A stretch of DNA of 64,000 bases from Chloroflexota bacterium. Its GTDB lineage: Bacteria > Chloroflexota > UBA11872. Under the pieces are notes generated by a model. The model was not told where the DNA came from and made no database searches. It worked only from the letters and a program-made list of their open reading frames with translations. Location: positions 1,615-65,614 of the forward strand of contig WTFW01000063.1 of the NCBI GenBank assembly GCA_011523785.1. Direction: 5' to 3'. Position 1 is the first letter of the stretch. The number at the start of each line of letters is the position of its first letter. The translations under genes were made by a program, and so were the position numbers. Shown here piece by piece: positions 61,084 through 64,000 of this stretch.

Positions 61084-61998
61084 TCAGCCCTTGATGCCCG
61101 TCAGTGCAATCCCGCGGATGAAGTGCTTCTGCGCGAAGAAGAACAGGATCACTACGGGCGCCACGGCGATCAGGGCAATGGCCATCTGCAGATGCAGTCG
61201 TTGCGCCTCGTACTGGCCGGCCTGCAGCCAGCGCATCCCCACGGCCAGCGTTAGCCGCTCAGAGGACTGCAAGACAATCAATGGGAAAAAGAAGTCGTTC
61301 CAGTGACTGATAAACGAGAACACCGCCACGGTCGCAATGGCCGGCTTCGACAACGGAATGATGACGGTCCAGAACACGCGCATGCGTGACGCCCCATCAA
61401 TGGCGGCCGCTTCGTCGAGTTCCAGGGGGAGTGTCAGGAAGAACTGGCGGAGCAGGAAAATGTAGAACGGGGCTCCGCCAAGCAGGGGTACGATCAGTGG
61501 CAGCAGTGTGTCCAGCCAGTTGAGTTCCCGGAAGAGAATCACCTGGGGAATGATGGTCACATGCTGCGGGAGCATCATGGTCGAAATCACGATGAGAAAC
61601 AGAATGCGATTGCCCGGAAACTTGAGCCGGGCAAAACCGAAGGCGACCAGAGCGCTGATAAAGGTCCCAACGGTTACACCGACAAATGAGACGATCGTGC
61701 TGTTGGTGATCCACCAGAGCACCGGGCCAACCTGCCACACATCCGTGTAGTTATTCCACGCGGGCGGGTTGGGGACCAGCGGCTGCGGAACCACGTAGAA
61801 CATGTCGAGGCTCATCAGCGAGGCCCTGATCATCCACAAGAAGGGAATCGCGTACATGATGCTGGCGCCGATAAGGACGGCGTAGTAGAACGTTCGCAAC
61901 AGGAGCTGCAATGCTTGGACCCGCCGGGATCTGATGGTGCGGCCGCCAGACGGGACTACCGCCGGTGCGAGGTTGCTGTCCGCAGTTCGTGCTGTCAT
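61084..61998 (-). CDS. Carbohydrate ABC transporter permease (MalG-type), copy 1
   Basis: Motifs AFGFARLKFPG, ELDEAAAIDGAS, PLSKPA and WNDF. Confidence 0.94.
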   Translation of the reverse strand: MTARTADSNLAPAVVPSGGRTIRSRRVQALQLLLRTFYYAVLIGASIMYAIPFLWMIRASLMSLDMFYVVPQPLVPNPPAWNNYTDVWQVGPVLWWITNSTIVSFVGVTVGTFISALVAFGFARLKFPGNRILFLIVISTMMLPQHVTIIPQVILFRELNWLDTLLPLIVPLLGGAPFYIFLLRQFFLTLPLELDEAAAIDGASRMRVFWTVIIPLSKPAIATVAVFSFISHWNDFFFPLIVLQSSERLTLAVGMRWLQAGQYEAQRLHLQMAIALIAVAPVVILFFFAQKHFIRGIALTGIKG

Positions 61999-62001
61999 GG
62001 C

Positions 62002-62889
62002 CTAGCGCTCCGTAGAGCCCTCGTAATAGACCCAGCGCCGCGCAACACCAAATTGCAGGATGGTGAACACCAGGATGATCACAAACAGCACCCAGGCAAT
62101 AGCCGAGGCGTAGCCCATCTGGAAATACTCGAACCCCGTGCGATAGAGATGCAGCAGGATGAATAGCGTTGAATCTCGAGGTCCGCCATTCGTCACGATC
62201 AGCGCCTGCGTGAATACCTGCCAGGATCCGATGATCTGTAGCACGGCCGTAAGAAATATCGCGGGCGTCATCATCGGTACGGTCACGTGCCACATCTTGC
62301 GAATCACGCCGGCCCCGTCCACGCTGGCGGCTTCATAGAGGTGCTGCGGGATGCCTTGCAGCGCTGCCAGGTAGATGATCATTGTCGTGCCCAGTCCCCA
62401 GAAGCTCATGAGAATCAGGGCGGGCATGGCCCAGGTGGAGCTGGTCAGCCAGTTGGGGCCATCGATCCCAACCAGTCCCAGGAACTGGTTCACCAGGCCA
62501 TTGGGCTGGAGGAGCAAGATCCACAGGTATGCCGTGGCCACGCCGGCCGTTACGGACGGCAGATAGAAGGCCGTCCGATAGATTGGTTGTCCCTTGACCT
62601 TCTGATTTAACAAGATGGCTACAAAGAAAGCCATAATCATGATTCCAGGTACATGTACAGCGGTGTAATACAGGGTGTTAATTACGCTTCGAATGAACTT
62701 GGCGTCGTCTGTAAAGAGCCTCACGTAATTATTCAAGCCAACCCACTCCGGCAACCCAATGAACCGGTAGTTGGTGAAGCTCAGATAAATCGATGCAATG
62801 AACGGACCCAGCGTGAACCATAGAAACGTAATCAGCCACGGCGTAACAAAGAGCAATCCGCTCCACCGTTGCCATCGTGTTGTGCGCAA
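62002..62889 (-). CDS. Carbohydrate ABC transporter permease (MalF/LplB-type)
   Basis: Motifs WVGLNNY, RTAFYLPSV, LYEAASVDGA, TNGGP and MGYASAIAW. Confidence 0.94.
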   Translation of the reverse strand: MRTTRWQRWSGLLFVTPWLITFLWFTLGPFIASIYLSFTNYRFIGLPEWVGLNNYVRLFTDDAKFIRSVINTLYYTAVHVPGIMIMAFFVAILLNQKVKGQPIYRTAFYLPSVTAGVATAYLWILLLQPNGLVNQFLGLVGIDGPNWLTSSTWAMPALILMSFWGLGTTMIIYLAALQGIPQHLYEAASVDGAGVIRKMWHVTVPMMTPAIFLTAVLQIIGSWQVFTQALIVTNGGPRDSTLFILLHLYRTGFEYFQMGYASAIAWVLFVIILVFTILQFGVARRWVYYEGSTER

Positions 62890-62910
62890 AGTTGCCTCAG
62901 TTCATAGGTG

Positions 62911-62945
62911 GCCGGGCGGGCGCCGGTTGGCGGCGCCCGCCCGGC
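62911..62945. repeat. Perfect 15-bp GC hairpin between the binding-protein gene and the first permease (mRNA stabiliser/partial terminator)
   Basis: GCCGGGCGGGCGCCG-GTTGG-CGGCGCCCGCCCGGC. Confidence 0.8.
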
Positions 62946-62987
62946 ACGTCCACGTCATTCAATCGCTTGAACGAGCGTGAAGCGTTC

Positions 62988-63998
62988 CTATTGCAGCGTT
63001 GCCAGGTGCTTGTCGCACGCGGCCTGCGCGTTCAGCAGGGCTTCGCGGGCCGGAATCTCGCCGACGATCGCGGGCTGCGTTTCGTCGTGCAGGATGTTCC
63101 ACCACTGCGCCCAGCCGCTGAAGAACATGAGGCCGTAGGCGTCCGGGCTCAGGAAGTGGTCCCGGATCAGGTTCATGCTGCGCGGCATTCCCGGCTGGAA
63201 GCCGAGGTACCGGTCGCTGTTGATCACGGCGCGGTGCATCGGAATCGCTCCGCGCCCGTCGGCGACCAGACCCTGGAAGTACTCACCCGCGATGAACGAC
63301 GTGAGGATCACCGAGGCCTCGACCGTGCCGTGCTCAAGCGCCTTGACCGTGATGAAGTGACCCAGCTCGTTGGTGGAGTAGGCGACCTCACCGGTCGGCG
63401 ACCGCGGCGACGGCATGTTGTCCCACTCGAATCGGCCGCCCACGCGTAGCTTGCGGCCGCCGGGGCCGTGAATGCCGCCGGGCTCCATGCCGATCTTGCC
63501 GGTTGCGAATGGCGCCGTGATGCCCTCGGTCAGCAGCTGCGACAGCTCGCCGAGCGGGACGCCTACGCCCTCTTCGTACGTGGCGTTCACGTACCACTCG
63601 AACGCCTCGAGTCCGCCCTCGGTGGCGAAACCGGAGGCCGGTGCCGGGCGGGTTCGCTCCGTGAAGAGCCAGCCGCCATTGGCGCTGATCAGCGGCAGCC
63701 AGCGAAACTCGCCGCCGGTGCCGTGGTGCAGACCGTACTCATTGGTGTCGGCGTTGGTGAGCTGCCGGGCTGCCTCCAACTGCGAATCCCAGGTCCAGTC
63801 GGCTGTCGGAGCTTCCACGCCGTCGGCATCGAACTTGTCGATGTTGTAGACGTAGCCGTTGACGGCCGACATGAACGGCATGCCGTACAGCACGCCATCG
63901 ATGTCCAGGTTCTGAAGGCTCGGGTCGGCCGGGTTCTCGCGCGACAGAATCAGGTAGTCGTCAAGGTCGATGCCGGCCTTGTCGACGTGGTCCTGGAG
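62988..63998 (-). CDS. Carbohydrate ABC transporter substrate-binding protein (5' end beyond the window)
   Basis: Frame is open to the window edge. Motifs DGVLYGMP, YNIDKF, WTWD and FATGKIGM. Confidence 0.9.
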   Translation of the reverse strand, partial: LQDHVDKAGIDLDDYLILSRENPADPSLQNLDIDGVLYGMPFMSAVNGYVYNIDKFDADGVEAPTADWTWDSQLEAARQLTNADTNEYGLHHGTGGEFRWLPLISANGGWLFTERTRPAPASGFATEGGLEAFEWYVNATYEEGVGVPLGELSQLLTEGITAPFATGKIGMEPGGIHGPGGRKLRVGGRFEWDNMPSPRSPTGEVAYSTNELGHFITVKALEHGTVEASVILTSFIAGEYFQGLVADGRGAIPMHRAVINSDRYLGFQPGMPRSMNLIRDHFLSPDAYGLMFFSGWAQWWNILHDETQPAIVGEIPAREALLNAQAACDKHLATLQ

Positions 63999-64000
63999 CT

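Overview
High-GC bacterial window, most likely Chloroflexota (inferred from sequence signatures in RpoB/RpoC, EF-Tu, S12 and L3). Layout: (1) 1-10984, a surface-glycan cluster (four GT2/GT4 genes plus a truncated GT2, an O-antigen ligase-like gene, a WcaJ-type priming transferase) followed by a large NHL-repeat lipoprotein. (2) grpE-dnaJ-prmA-HIT, with no dnaK or hrcA. (3) A clean sigma70-type promoter and a highly structured leader of about 310 nt ahead of rpoB-rpoC. (4) A complete, extremely compact str-S10-spc-alpha-truA-rplM-rpsI superoperon. (5) Convergent scpB-scpA-HD-site-2 protease, SAM hydrolase and P1 peptidase genes. (6) An M28-like lipoprotein, mazG and gcvH-PA-PB without gcvT. (7) A sugar/aminosugar catabolic patch with a CUT1 ABC transporter that has three permeases. 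No rRNA, tRNA, CRISPR, integrase or transposase was seen. The best candidate for an undescribed element is the multi-branched RNA upstream of rpoB. Also notable are deviations at normally invariant positions of the transcription and translation machinery (RpoC trigger loop, S12 K88R, EF-G domains IV-V, inserted S14 and IF-1) and two probable pseudo-enzymes. All family calls come from motif recognition, with no database search.
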